Positions 35,209 through 44,300 of a DNA stretch of 64,000 nucleotides are shown here, piece after piece. Numbering within the stretch: the stretch's first letter is position 1; each line of letters starts with the position of its first letter. The notes under the pieces are model-generated. The model was not told the DNA's origin. It was given only the letters and a program-made list of their open reading frames with translations, and made no database searches. Both the position numbers and the translations under genes were made by a program. Origin of the DNA: a virus (lineage: Duplodnaviria > Caudoviricetes); IMG/VR virus record IMGVR_UViG_3300031994_000053, positions 1 through 64,000 of that record; one strand, 5' to 3'.

Positions 35209-35466
35209 ATGTCGTTCCTCAGGCCCATAAAGGGACACGCGATCCTCGTCGACCGGCAGTTCGGGCCGGTCGGCGGGGTCGAGATCCCCGAGACGCTCTG
35301 GCCCGACCGTCTCGACTTCACCGTCGCGGCGGCCGGGCCGGGCGCGGGGTTCGGCGTCGGCGACACGGTCGTGCTCGCCGACCCGAACGCGGGGCGCAAG
35401 GTCAGGATCGACGGCGTTCCGTACCGCATAGTGCGGGAGTCCGACATACAGGGAGTACTTGAATAG
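35209..35466 (+). CDS. groES: GroES/Cpn10-like co-chaperonin
   Basis: LRPIKG..ILV, GGVEIP mobile loop, VAAAGPG, VGDTVV, YRIVRESDIQGVLE. Confidence 0.8.
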   Translation: MSFLRPIKGHAILVDRQFGPVGGVEIPETLWPDRLDFTVAAAGPGAGFGVGDTVVLADPNAGRKVRIDGVPYRIVRESDIQGVLE

Positions 35467-35512
35467 GAGCAACCAATCCCGACAAACCAGTCGTTCCCGT
35501 AAAGGAGATGCC

Positions 35513-35767
35513 ATGATGAAAGAATGTGGATGCTTAGCGCTGATTATCGCTATCGTCTTCTTGTTTGTTGTCATGCTCTTAGAAGCCGAACATGGTTATA
35601 GACAAGATATGTATGAGGATTATATGCATGACAACTGCCCCGAATGCACGTTCTACAGAATGCTTCACAAAGACGACGTGGCGTTCGCCATCCGCGAGAA
35701 GCAGCGTAGCGAGCGGGCCGCGCGACAACTCATTTCTGGCGCGTGCCAGGAAATCCAGGAACCCTAG
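35513..35767 (+). CDS. Small membrane-anchored hypothetical protein (lower GC)
   Basis: 84 aa; N-terminal TM; AAGGAG SD. Confidence 0.6.
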   Translation: MMKECGCLALIIAIVFLFVVMLLEAEHGYRQDMYEDYMHDNCPECTFYRMLHKDDVAFAIREKQRSERAARQLISGACQEIQEP

Positions 35768-35782
35768 CAAGGAGACAAACCA

Positions 35783-36325
35783 ATGAAGAAATACCTACGT
35801 TGCCACTTGGTCGAGGCGCAGCCCATGACCCGTGGCGCATACAACAAGAAACGCGGCTGGACGGTTCCCGCCGACGAGGACCCCAAGGAGAAGGGCTATC
35901 TGGTGAAATATCCGGACGGCTACGTCTCATGGTGCCCGAAGGCACAGTTCGAGAAGCAGGGCTTCCCGCTTGAAGACGGGACGAAGATCACAGGAAAAGA
36001 CCTTCTTGACTTCAAGCTTCTCGGCAATCAGACGGTCAGCACGGAGAAGACCTCCGACGGCAAGCCGTTCACGCTACTCGAGATGGTCTATCCGACCGGC
36101 TTCACAGACTTCGCGACATCGATGTGCGTCGATCCGAAGAACTACTCGGAGGAGATTGGCTGTAGCAACTGCATCGAGCAAACCAACGGCCGTCTCTGGG
36201 CCTACCTCGGCTTCATGCTGGCATGGGCGAAGGACGGGCTTTCCGACAAGGCCCTGGAAATCGCCCGCAAGGAAGACGCCGAAGCCGCCGCGAAGGCTCC
36301 GACAACGAAGAAAGGCGGTAAGTAA
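35783..36325 (+). CDS. Two-domain protein: YxDGYxSWxP module plus N4-gp49/Sf6-gp66-family domain
   Basis: GYLVKYPDGYVSWCPKAQFE; TGFTDFATSMCVDPKNYSEEIG...LWAYLGFML. Confidence 0.75.
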   Translation: MKKYLRCHLVEAQPMTRGAYNKKRGWTVPADEDPKEKGYLVKYPDGYVSWCPKAQFEKQGFPLEDGTKITGKDLLDFKLLGNQTVSTEKTSDGKPFTLLEMVYPTGFTDFATSMCVDPKNYSEEIGCSNCIEQTNGRLWAYLGFMLAWAKDGLSDKALEIARKEDAEAAAKAPTTKKGGK

Positions 36326-36585
36326 TGGGATACATGGACTTCGGCGCGGCAATACGAGCCCTTAAGGAAGGCAAGAAGGTCGCGCGCTTTGGCTGGAACG
36401 GCAAGCGTCAGTATCTTTCGCTTGGCACGGAGTTCACCTATGTGGACTGCAATGGCAAGCAGAATGCCGAACACGTCACCTCTGGCCGCGCGGCAATCGT
36501 CTTCCACGGCACAATCGGCGAACAGGTTGGCTGGCTCGCCTCGCAGGCCGACATGCTTTCCGAAGACTGGGTTATCGTTGAGTAG
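36325..36585 (+). CDS. tad2: DUF2829 / Tad2-family anti-defence sponge
   Basis: MDFGAAIRALKEGKKVARFGWNGK...WLASQADMLSEDW. Confidence 0.85.
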   Translation: MGYMDFGAAIRALKEGKKVARFGWNGKRQYLSLGTEFTYVDCNGKQNAEHVTSGRAAIVFHGTIGEQVGWLASQADMLSEDWVIVE

Positions 36586-36607
36586 GCGTAAACCAAAGGA
36601 AGGACAC

Positions 36608-36799
36608 ATGGCATGGAACAAGAAAATGAACACGCCGGAATCGGCGAAGGGGATGTTCGACGGGAGGACGAAGGCGTCGCTCCGGTCGGAGCAGTCGAGG
36701 CTCCGGTCGAAGGAAACCCGGACGGCGGCGGAACAGAAGCGCCTCCGCCGGGTGAACTTCGCCCTGAGGGCCAAGAACAAGTTCGGCCCGGCGAAGTAG
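36608..36799 (+). CDS. Small basic protein
   Basis: 63 aa MAWNKKMNTP...RRVNFALRAKNKFGPAK; almost all codons end in G/C; AAGGA SD at 7 nt. Confidence 0.65.
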   Translation: MAWNKKMNTPESAKGMFDGRTKASLRSEQSRLRSKETRTAAEQKRLRRVNFALRAKNKFGPAK

Positions 36800-37194
36800 C
36801 GAAACCGCGCCGCCCGGGAATTCGGATCAAGTTCCGGAACCTCCGCGGCGACCCGGCGCTCGAGGCCGAAACCGAGAGGTTCCGCGGGTGGCTCCGCACC
36901 GGCGTCTCCACGGATCTCCTCACCGACGAGCTCGGCGCCCCAGAACCCGGCGAGGACGGCGCGGTGACCTGGACCGTCACGCCCGAGACGCTCGGGGCGT
37001 GGGCGAAGCGGCACGAGGGCGAGACGTTCGACGACCCGCGCCCCCCGCGGAGCCCGCAGCGCGCCCGTCCGGGCGCCCGACCCACGCTCGACGAGTTCCT
37101 CGCGCAGGGGCTTGTCGCGGAGGACTACGCCGCGTACCAGCGCGGATGCAAGCTCGCCGAACTGTACAGGAGTCTGTACGGGGAGGCCCGGTGA
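36613..37194 (+). CDS. Hypothetical protein, start uncertain
   Basis: Frame shows phage codon bias only after about 36800; true start may be GTG 36964. Confidence 0.45.
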   Translation: MEQENEHAGIGEGDVRREDEGVAPVGAVEAPVEGNPDGGGTEAPPPGELRPEGQEQVRPGEVAKPRRPGIRIKFRNLRGDPALEAETERFRGWLRTGVSTDLLTDELGAPEPGEDGAVTWTVTPETLGAWAKRHEGETFDDPRPPRSPQRARPGARPTLDEFLAQGLVAEDYAAYQRGCKLAELYRSLYGEAR

Positions 37195-37403
37195 ACAAGC
37201 ACCGGCACTGGGAGTACATGGTCGTCGCGGTCGGGGAACGCCCGGCCGCGACGCCTGACTCCCCCGTGTTTTTCAGCATGAAGGCCGCGCAGGCCGAGAA
37301 GGACAGGCTCGATACCACGGATTGCATATACGACATCCCGAGCAAAGGCTACCGGATCGTGCGCCGCTGGGTCGAGCACGGAAGATGGGAGAGGGTAAGA
37401 TGA
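37191..37403 (+). CDS. Hypothetical protein
   Basis: 70 aa from GTG 37191; GGAGG SD; overlaps both neighbours. Confidence 0.6.
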   Translation: MNKHRHWEYMVVAVGERPAATPDSPVFFSMKAAQAEKDRLDTTDCIYDIPSKGYRIVRRWVEHGRWERVR

Positions 37404-39364
37404 ACGCGAAGATCGACTGGGGCAGGTATTTCGACCATATCTACTGCCTGTGCTACCTGGGTTCGGAGCACCAGGCCGTGAAGCGCCGGCTTTTGGAGGC
37501 CGAGCTGACAAGGACCGGCATCCTGGGGTCGGGGGTTTTTTCGTGGCAGTACACCACGCCGGACCCGTGGGACGAGGTTATTTCGGGACGGCTCCGCAAG
37601 CGGGTGCTGGGCAGCCCGGCCGCCAACGTCGGATTCATAAACCTGGGGCTCGCGACCGCCCGCATCTTTCGGGAGGCGAAAGCGCTCGGGTACCGCCGCA
37701 TCCTCGTGCTCGAGGACGACGTGGCGTTCCTGAAGGATCTCAGAGAGGTTGAGATAATCCTCGAGAATATCCCCGATCGCAGTCTCGTCATGTTCGACAA
37801 GTTCCTGGACTGGGGCCTGACGTTGGACGAATACATGGGTTTCGTGCGGGAACACACAATCAATCCGTGTTTTTTCGAGGGGCGCGAGCTCCACACCGTA
37901 GGCGGGGTCGCGTTTTCGGTTGACCAGACGGCCATGTCGTTCTACATCCGGCGCTACGAGAATCCGGACGAAGGCCCCCATGCCGCCGATTCCTATTTCG
38001 ATTGCTTCCCCGACCGTGCAGTGGCCATAAAAAGCCTGGCCGTGCAGGTGCAGTACGCTTCCGCGCTGTCTCCATCCTACTGTTTCGGCAAGGGCATCGT
38101 CAACTCGCACACGAACGCCTACCGCCCCTCCGGCACCGACTACAGGGACTACGCCGTGCCGGACGGCTACACGATGGACTCGCCGCCCTTCGACCTCGCC
38201 ACGCTGGAGGACAAGCCGGCCGAAGTCCCGCCGCGGCCCCGCCCCGCCGTCGCCAGGAAGGGCCGCTTCTTCGTTTCCGTCTACGCCATCGCCAAGAACG
38301 AGGAGAAGTTCGTCGACCGCTGGATGGACTCGATGTCCGAAGCCGACGAGATCGTCGTGCTCGACACGGGCTCGTCCGACGGGACCGTCGCGAAGCTGCG
38401 GGGGCGCGGCGCCCGCGTCGAGGTGAAGGAGTTCCACCCCTGGCGGTTCGACGTGGCCCGCAACGCGTCGATGGAGCTTTGCTCCCCCGGGGCCGACATT
38501 CTCGTGTGCACGGACCTCGACGAGGTCCTCAGCAAAGGATGGCGCAAACAGCTCGAGGACGCGTGGGGCAAGGCGGTCGACGCCGGGAAGCGCCCGACGA
38601 CCGGCCAGTACCGGTACATCTGGAATTTCACCGCGGACGGCAGGCCGGACCGCACGTTCACCTACGAGAAGGTCCACGCGCCGGACACCTGCAAGTGGAC
38701 GCATCCCGTCCACGAAATACTTTCCTACCACGTCCCGAGGATCCCGGTCGAGATCCCCGGCATGGTGCTCGAACACCACCCGGACCGGACGAAGTCCCGG
38801 GCGTCGTACCTTCCGCTCCTCGAGATGAGCGTCGAGGAGGACCCGGAGGACGACCGCAACATGCACTACCTGGGGCGCGAGTACATGTTCCGCGGGGAGT
38901 GGCAGAAGGCGATCGACACGCTGCTGCGCCACCTCGCGCTCCCGAGGGCGAAGTGGCGCGCGGAGCGCGCGGCCTCGATGCGCTTCATCGCGAGGTGCTA
39001 CGCGAACCTGGGGAAGGACATGACGGCGGAACTGTGGTTCTACCGGGCGATGGACGAGGCCCCCGACCAGCGGGAGTCGGCGGTCGAGTTCGCCCAGTGG
39101 CTGTACGGGCGCAAGGCGCCATGGAGCCAGATCGCCGCCGCGTGCCGCCGCGCCCACGCGGTCGAGGCCCGCTCGGGGTCGTACCTCACGGAGGCCGAGG
39201 CGTGGGGCGAGAAGCCCTACGACCTGCTGTCGCTGGCGCTCTGGAACCTGGGGGACGCGCCGGAGGCGCTGTGCGCCGCGCAGAAGGCGCTGGAGCTCGC
39301 GCCGGGCGACTCGCGAATCGCGAACAACGTCGCGCTCATGGAAAAGGCGGTGAAAGGTGAGTGA
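37400..39364 (+). CDS. Fused glycosyltransferase: GT25-like + GT2 + TPR
   Basis: 654 aa from ATG 37400; FDHIYCLCY...ILVLEDDVAF (GT25-like); VYAIAKNEEKF...VLDTGSSDGT...FDVARN...TDLDE (GT2, DxD); C-terminal TPR helices. Confidence 0.85.
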   Translation: MNAKIDWGRYFDHIYCLCYLGSEHQAVKRRLLEAELTRTGILGSGVFSWQYTTPDPWDEVISGRLRKRVLGSPAANVGFINLGLATARIFREAKALGYRRILVLEDDVAFLKDLREVEIILENIPDRSLVMFDKFLDWGLTLDEYMGFVREHTINPCFFEGRELHTVGGVAFSVDQTAMSFYIRRYENPDEGPHAADSYFDCFPDRAVAIKSLAVQVQYASALSPSYCFGKGIVNSHTNAYRPSGTDYRDYAVPDGYTMDSPPFDLATLEDKPAEVPPRPRPAVARKGRFFVSVYAIAKNEEKFVDRWMDSMSEADEIVVLDTGSSDGTVAKLRGRGARVEVKEFHPWRFDVARNASMELCSPGADILVCTDLDEVLSKGWRKQLEDAWGKAVDAGKRPTTGQYRYIWNFTADGRPDRTFTYEKVHAPDTCKWTHPVHEILSYHVPRIPVEIPGMVLEHHPDRTKSRASYLPLLEMSVEEDPEDDRNMHYLGREYMFRGEWQKAIDTLLRHLALPRAKWRAERAASMRFIARCYANLGKDMTAELWFYRAMDEAPDQRESAVEFAQWLYGRKAPWSQIAAACRRAHAVEARSGSYLTEAEAWGEKPYDLLSLALWNLGDAPEALCAAQKALELAPGDSRIANNVALMEKAVKGE

Positions 39365-39374
39365 GGTCTGCGCC

Positions 39375-39491
39375 ATGTTCTTCGGCGGCGTGATAGTCGG
39401 GTGTCTGATCGCCGCGTCGTTTCTGGCAGGCCGCCGCTGCGGCTACTGGGAGAGGGTTGAGGAGGAAAGGTTTGCAAGGGGCATACGATGA
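39375..39491 (+). CDS. Small membrane peptide
   Basis: 38 aa MFFGGVIVGCLIAASFLAG...; TGA overlaps next ATG. Confidence 0.45.
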   Translation: MFFGGVIVGCLIAASFLAGRRCGYWERVEEERFARGIR

Positions 39492-40114
39492 GGAACGAAA
39501 AGATACTGGAGATCGTCCGCGGGATGAACAAACGGCTCCCCGAAGAAGCCGACGGGCTTGCCAACGTCGACGTCGGCTGGTGGAGAGACGCCTGCAAGAA
39601 GCTCGAAGCGGCGGCGTCCGACAAGGGCAACTGCGGGCAGATCGACAACACGAGCTACTACAGGCTGCCCGACGGGCGCCAGCTCGAGGACTTCATCTGG
39701 GACCGCGGGCTGTCGTTCGCGGAGGGCTCGGCGGTCAAGTACCTCTACCGCGCCGGGCATAAGGACGGGGAGTCCAGGGAGAAGGACGTCGCGAAGGCGA
39801 GGCACTACGCGAGGTTCGTGGCCGCAAGGGAGCTCGACGCGGAGGACAACGTCTGGGGCCGGATTGTCGGTCTCGTCGAGGCGGCGAGGTCTTTCAGGCA
39901 GGCCGCGGGGCGCCCGCCGTTTTCCAAGGTCCTCGGGAAGTTCCTGTCGAGCGGGCCCATGTGGGCCTGCGTCTCGCTGCTCGTCGCGATAGTCGCATTG
40001 GGCGTCGCCTGCAACTTCCCGTGGTCGGCCGTTCCGGCCGTGGCGGCCTGCCTATTCTGGCTGGGCGCCGAGTGGCGCCTGGCCCGGAGGCGCGCCGCCC
40101 CCGGCCTGCTCTGA
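39488..40114 (+). CDS. DUF3310-domain protein with C-terminal TM helices
   Basis: SYY...LEDFI...FAEGSAVKYLYRAGHKDG...DVAKARHY; two hydrophobic segments at the C-terminus. Confidence 0.75.
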   Translation: MRNEKILEIVRGMNKRLPEEADGLANVDVGWWRDACKKLEAAASDKGNCGQIDNTSYYRLPDGRQLEDFIWDRGLSFAEGSAVKYLYRAGHKDGESREKDVAKARHYARFVAARELDAEDNVWGRIVGLVEAARSFRQAAGRPPFSKVLGKFLSSGPMWACVSLLVAIVALGVACNFPWSAVPAVAACLFWLGAEWRLARRRAAPGLL

Positions 40115-41317
40115 AGAAGGCTCTTTGGCCCCGCCGCCGGGTTCTCCTTGGCTCTTTCCCGGGGCGGGGCCGTTTTTCTTTTCCGGCCTCGGCGACTGCC
40201 GGACCTTCGCGATGATGTCCCGGATGCGCTGGACGTTCGCCTGCTCCTCCCCGGTCTGCGGGGCGCCCATTTCCATCACGGCGTCGAGGAACTCGACGGC
40301 CTCGTCGAGCTGCTCGTCCGTGGGGTCCTCGACGGACGTGTCGAAGGTGCAGATGCGGGCGAGGATCGTCCGGCGCAGCATGAGTTCGTCGCCGGCGTAG
40401 GCGGTGTCGGAGAAGAATTTCCTCTGCTCCCCCGTGGGCTCGGCCTGCGGGTCGAAGCCGTTGACCTCCATGAGAACGCGGAACGCCTCGTTGTACGCCG
40501 TGCAGAGGCCGTCCCGCTTGTCCTTGAAGACCTTCGGGTTGATCACTATGCGCGCGGGGGCCGAGGGCTCGGGGGCGGGCTGGGGGTCGGGCCCGCGTGT
40601 CTTCGAGCCGGAGACGCCGCCGCCTTTGGCGTCCTGCCGGACTTCCGCGTCGGCCTTCACGCGATATAGGTCCCCCGCCCTCAGCGTGGTGTCCGTCAGC
40701 TTGGGGTTGAGTTCCTTCAGCCGCTCCACGGACACCCCGGCGAGCTTCGCGAACTCCCCGATCGACCGGATGTCCTCGCCGACGCGCATGTGCGTCCCCG
40801 CGTCGAGCAGCGCCTTGTATTCCGGATACTCGTAGTCTTCGCCGAAGAAGTTCTTGTGGCCGAGGCGCCGGCGCGTCTCCAAACCCCGCATGATCCGGCC
40901 GCCGGCCTTCCGGTACGACGGGTACTCCGCCTTGACCGCGTCGAGCAGCTCCTGTTCGTTCTTCGCGGCCTTCAGCGCCTCGTGCAGGAGCGGCGACCTC
41001 CGCTCGGTCAGCACGTCGCGGACACCGAACGCGACGTCGATCAGCGCGCGCTTCCCGGCGTCGGGGATCTCGTCGTACCTCGGGATCGTTTTCCCGAGCC
41101 ACGCCTCGCGCTCCTTGATGTCACGCGTCAGCAGCGCGTCGGCGTCCTCCTCCGTGATGACATCGCCTTTCTGGACCTGCCCCCCGTCGGCGCGGAAGTG
41201 GCTCCCGTAGCCATAGTAGTACTTTTCGTCCACGTCCGGCTTATCCGCGGTTCCGGTGAACCCCTCCCGGTCCTTGAGGTGGTCCCGGAGCGTCTTGTCC
41301 TGTGCCAGTGTCGCCAT
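40052..41317 (-). CDS. Virion-associated lysozyme (GH24-like) + LysM + C-terminal domain
   Basis: REGF (catalytic Glu), YGYGSH, ITEEDADALL..DI, GLETRR; LysM SIGEFAKLAGVSVERLKELNP..LRAGD. Confidence 0.8.
   Translation of the reverse strand: MATLAQDKTLRDHLKDREGFTGTADKPDVDEKYYYGYGSHFRADGGQVQKGDVITEEDADALLTRDIKEREAWLGKTIPRYDEIPDAGKRALIDVAFGVRDVLTERRSPLLHEALKAAKNEQELLDAVKAEYPSYRKAGGRIMRGLETRRRLGHKNFFGEDYEYPEYKALLDAGTHMRVGEDIRSIGEFAKLAGVSVERLKELNPKLTDTTLRAGDLYRVKADAEVRQDAKGGGVSGSKTRGPDPQPAPEPSAPARIVINPKVFKDKRDGLCTAYNEAFRVLMEVNGFDPQAEPTGEQRKFFSDTAYAGDELMLRRTILARICTFDTSVEDPTDEQLDEAVEFLDAVMEMGAPQTGEEQANVQRIRDIIAKVRQSPRPEKKNGPAPGKSQGEPGGGAKEPSSEQAGGGAPPGQAPLGAQPE
40127..40182 (+). terminator. Terminator at the convergence of plus- and minus-strand operons
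   Basis: GGCCCCGCCGCCGGG...CCCGGGGCGGGGCC-GTTTTTCTTTT. Confidence 0.7.
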
Positions 41318-44300
41318 TTACCTTCCCTCCCCCTCGAGTTCGTAGAACCCCGCGGCCCGCGGGTGCTCCCTGAAGAATTCGAGATCCGCCTCAGTGTACT
41401 CTTCGGGCGTCTGCACGACTTTGATGCCGAATATGGTATCAGGTATCTTGTCCGTCGCGAGGAAATTGCCGAGGGCGGCGCCGCCGTTCGCGGCCTCGCG
41501 GACCTCCGGCCCGTACTCGATCGCCATGTTCGGGTTGGCATACGCCTGGCCGAGCATCAGGTACATGGCCCGCCCCTCCGCGTCACCGACCCGTGCACCG
41601 GACGACTTCACGCGCGAGCGCATCGACGCGACGGCCCGGTCGAACGCGCCCCCGAGCCGCAGGGCCGCACGGGCCGGGCGGTTCAGCGATGCGCTGTCAA
41701 ACGGCGCCGACGGGTCGTACTTCATCAGCGCGCGGAAGAGCTCGCCGTAGTACTTGGCGAGCAGTTCCTGCGATGTGCTCTTCATGAGCGCGGCCGGGTC
41801 GTAGCCGTTGCGCCGCGCCTCGAGCAGCACGTCGTTGACCTTCGCGTACCGGCCGCGCCCGTCGCCGGTCGCGTAGCCGCGCCGGTCGTTCCGGGCCCAG
41901 AGGTCGAGCTGCTTCGTCAGCTCCTTGCCGAGCGCGGTCTTCGACGCGCCGCGCTGCACCGGCAGCGCCATCGAAACGAAACCGGCGTCCCGGTTCCGGG
42001 TCATCCCGCTGAACGAGAACGGCATCCACGCCTGCATGAGGTTCCAGGTCGCGCCGTCCACGGTGGGTGAGAGCCAGCGCTCGGCCCAGCCCATCTCGCT
42101 CCACGGGAGCGCCTGGGCCATGTAGCCGGGGTTGAACCCGAGAATGCCCTCGGTGACGCGCTGGGCCGGCATCGACAGCTTGGACAGGAATTGTCCGATC
42201 GGATCCTCGAACCAGCGGACCTCCTCCCACCCCTGCTTGCCGGCGTGGACGTAGACCCGGCGGTTGTACGACCCGTTGGCCGGATCGTCACCCATGTACA
42301 GCGGAATGAAGTCCGGCGAGACGCGGCCGGCGGTTGCACCGAGCCCGGCGCCAACCAGCCCGGTGAGCCAGTTCCCGCCTCCGGCGTAACCGGCCACGGC
42401 GCCTGCCGCTGCGCCGGCGACGCCCGCGCCGAAGCGCCCGCCCCGCTTGAACGAGCGGAGCGCGCCCCCGAGCCGCGTGTCGTCGAACCGCGCGATGGCG
42501 CGGAGCAGCGGGGTTATGTCCGCAGACTTCCAGCGGGCGCGGTCCTCGTTCTGCCACGTGAACCAGACGTCGCGGTTGTGCCAGCTGTGGCGGTCGGCAT
42601 AGGCTGCCATCTCGAACCTGTCGCGCCCCCGCCCGTACTTCGCGAGGAATTCGGGCCCGCCCATGCCGGCGGTCGCCCGGGCGAACCGGACCTTCTCCGC
42701 GGCCGTGCGCTCCCTGTGGAACGCGGCGTAGAACTCCTCGTCGGACAGGCGGTCGTCGTCGTCCCCGTCCATGCCGCCCGCGGCGGCGTCGAGCACCTTC
42801 GCGAGCGCGGTGGACAGGATCTGGAGGACCTGCGGGAACCCGAGCATGACAAGCCCGAGCATCCGTGCCCAGCGCCCTATGTAGTGCGCGCGCTCCTGGC
42901 GGCTCGCGGTGTTCGTGCCGAACGCGAGATCCTCGAGGACCTTGCCGCCCCCAGCCTCCCACGCGCCGCGGGTCCACTGCCACGAGAACATCAGCACGTT
43001 CAGGAGCCTGCGGTTCGCCGGATGCGCCCACGAGTACTTCAGCGGGTCGAGCCCGCCGACCTCGGCGTTGATGTAGTCCGCGTACTTCTTCAGGTCGCGG
43101 ATCGGGTCGAACGCCTTGCCCTGGCGTTCGGCCAGGTAGCGGAGCTTGGTCGCGAGCTGCGCGGTCACGGCGAGCTTGGTCGCGTTGAGCGCGTAGTTGA
43201 ACGCCTTGTCCGACTGGCGGAGCGCGACGTCGCGGGCCATGCGCCCGAACTTCGCCGCGATCTCCGCGCCGTAGGTGTCGCGGATTATCCGCTTCAGGTG
43301 GTCGAGATCCCCCTGCGTCATGGCCTGCGCGTCCTCAAGCGGGCTCACGAGACTCGTGGAGGTCCGCACGCCGAGCGCGTTGGCCCAGGCGTACAGCTCC
43401 GCGAGGAACGGGTCGTTCGAGTCCATCATGTCGACGATGTCCGAGAAGCCCAGGAAGTTCTTGGTGATCCAGGCGGGGCCGCCCGGGAGCTTCCGCAGGA
43501 AATCGAACGCTTTCGGGTGCTCGCGCATGTAGTCGGCGATTGGTTTATAGTTCCCGCCGAGCGTGGCGAGCGCGCCGACCGCGGCGGTCGGGGACTCGAA
43601 CCGGGTCGCCAGCGGGAAGAAGAACGAGAAGCTCACGCTCATCGCCTTCGACCAGCCGAGGGCGCGGTGCAGGAGGGAGCGCGCGGCGGGGCCGCCCGTG
43701 CCCATCGCCCGGCTCGCGCCGAGGAACTGCTGGAGGTAGCCGAGCGCCTCGCCCAGGCCGAGCTTGTCTATCGCGAAGTCCGCGATTCTTCCGTGCGGTG
43801 CGGCCTCCTCGGCCTCGCGGACGAGCCACCGCTCCACCGAGGCGATCGAGGCGTTCGCGTCCTTGTGCTCGCGGTAGCGGCAGGCTGTTTCCGGATTTGT
43901 CCCGAGAACACCCTTGTTGGCCGTCATCTTCGCCCGCAGCGCGGCGAACTCCCGCTTGGCGTTCTGGACGCCCGACAGCTTCTCGTCGTAGGCGTCGCCG
44001 TTGTACTCACACCACCAGCGGGCCACGTTCTGCCAGAAGGCGTCTGGCAGGCCGGAGACATCGGCCGCGATGTCGGACGGGTCCGCGTAGTACACGGGCG
44101 CGCCGTCGTACGCGGGCGTCATCAGCATGTTCGCGAGAGTCGCCCGGGACATCATCGCGTTGGCGAGGCCGTCGATGGCCACGTGGACCTTGTGCCCGAT
44201 CTGGTAGTTGGCCGGAAGGGTCCCGGTCCGGCGGAACATGTCGAGGTCGTTCAGGCCGACCGCGCCGCCGAACAGCTCGCCCCTTGTGAGCGCCGCGTCG

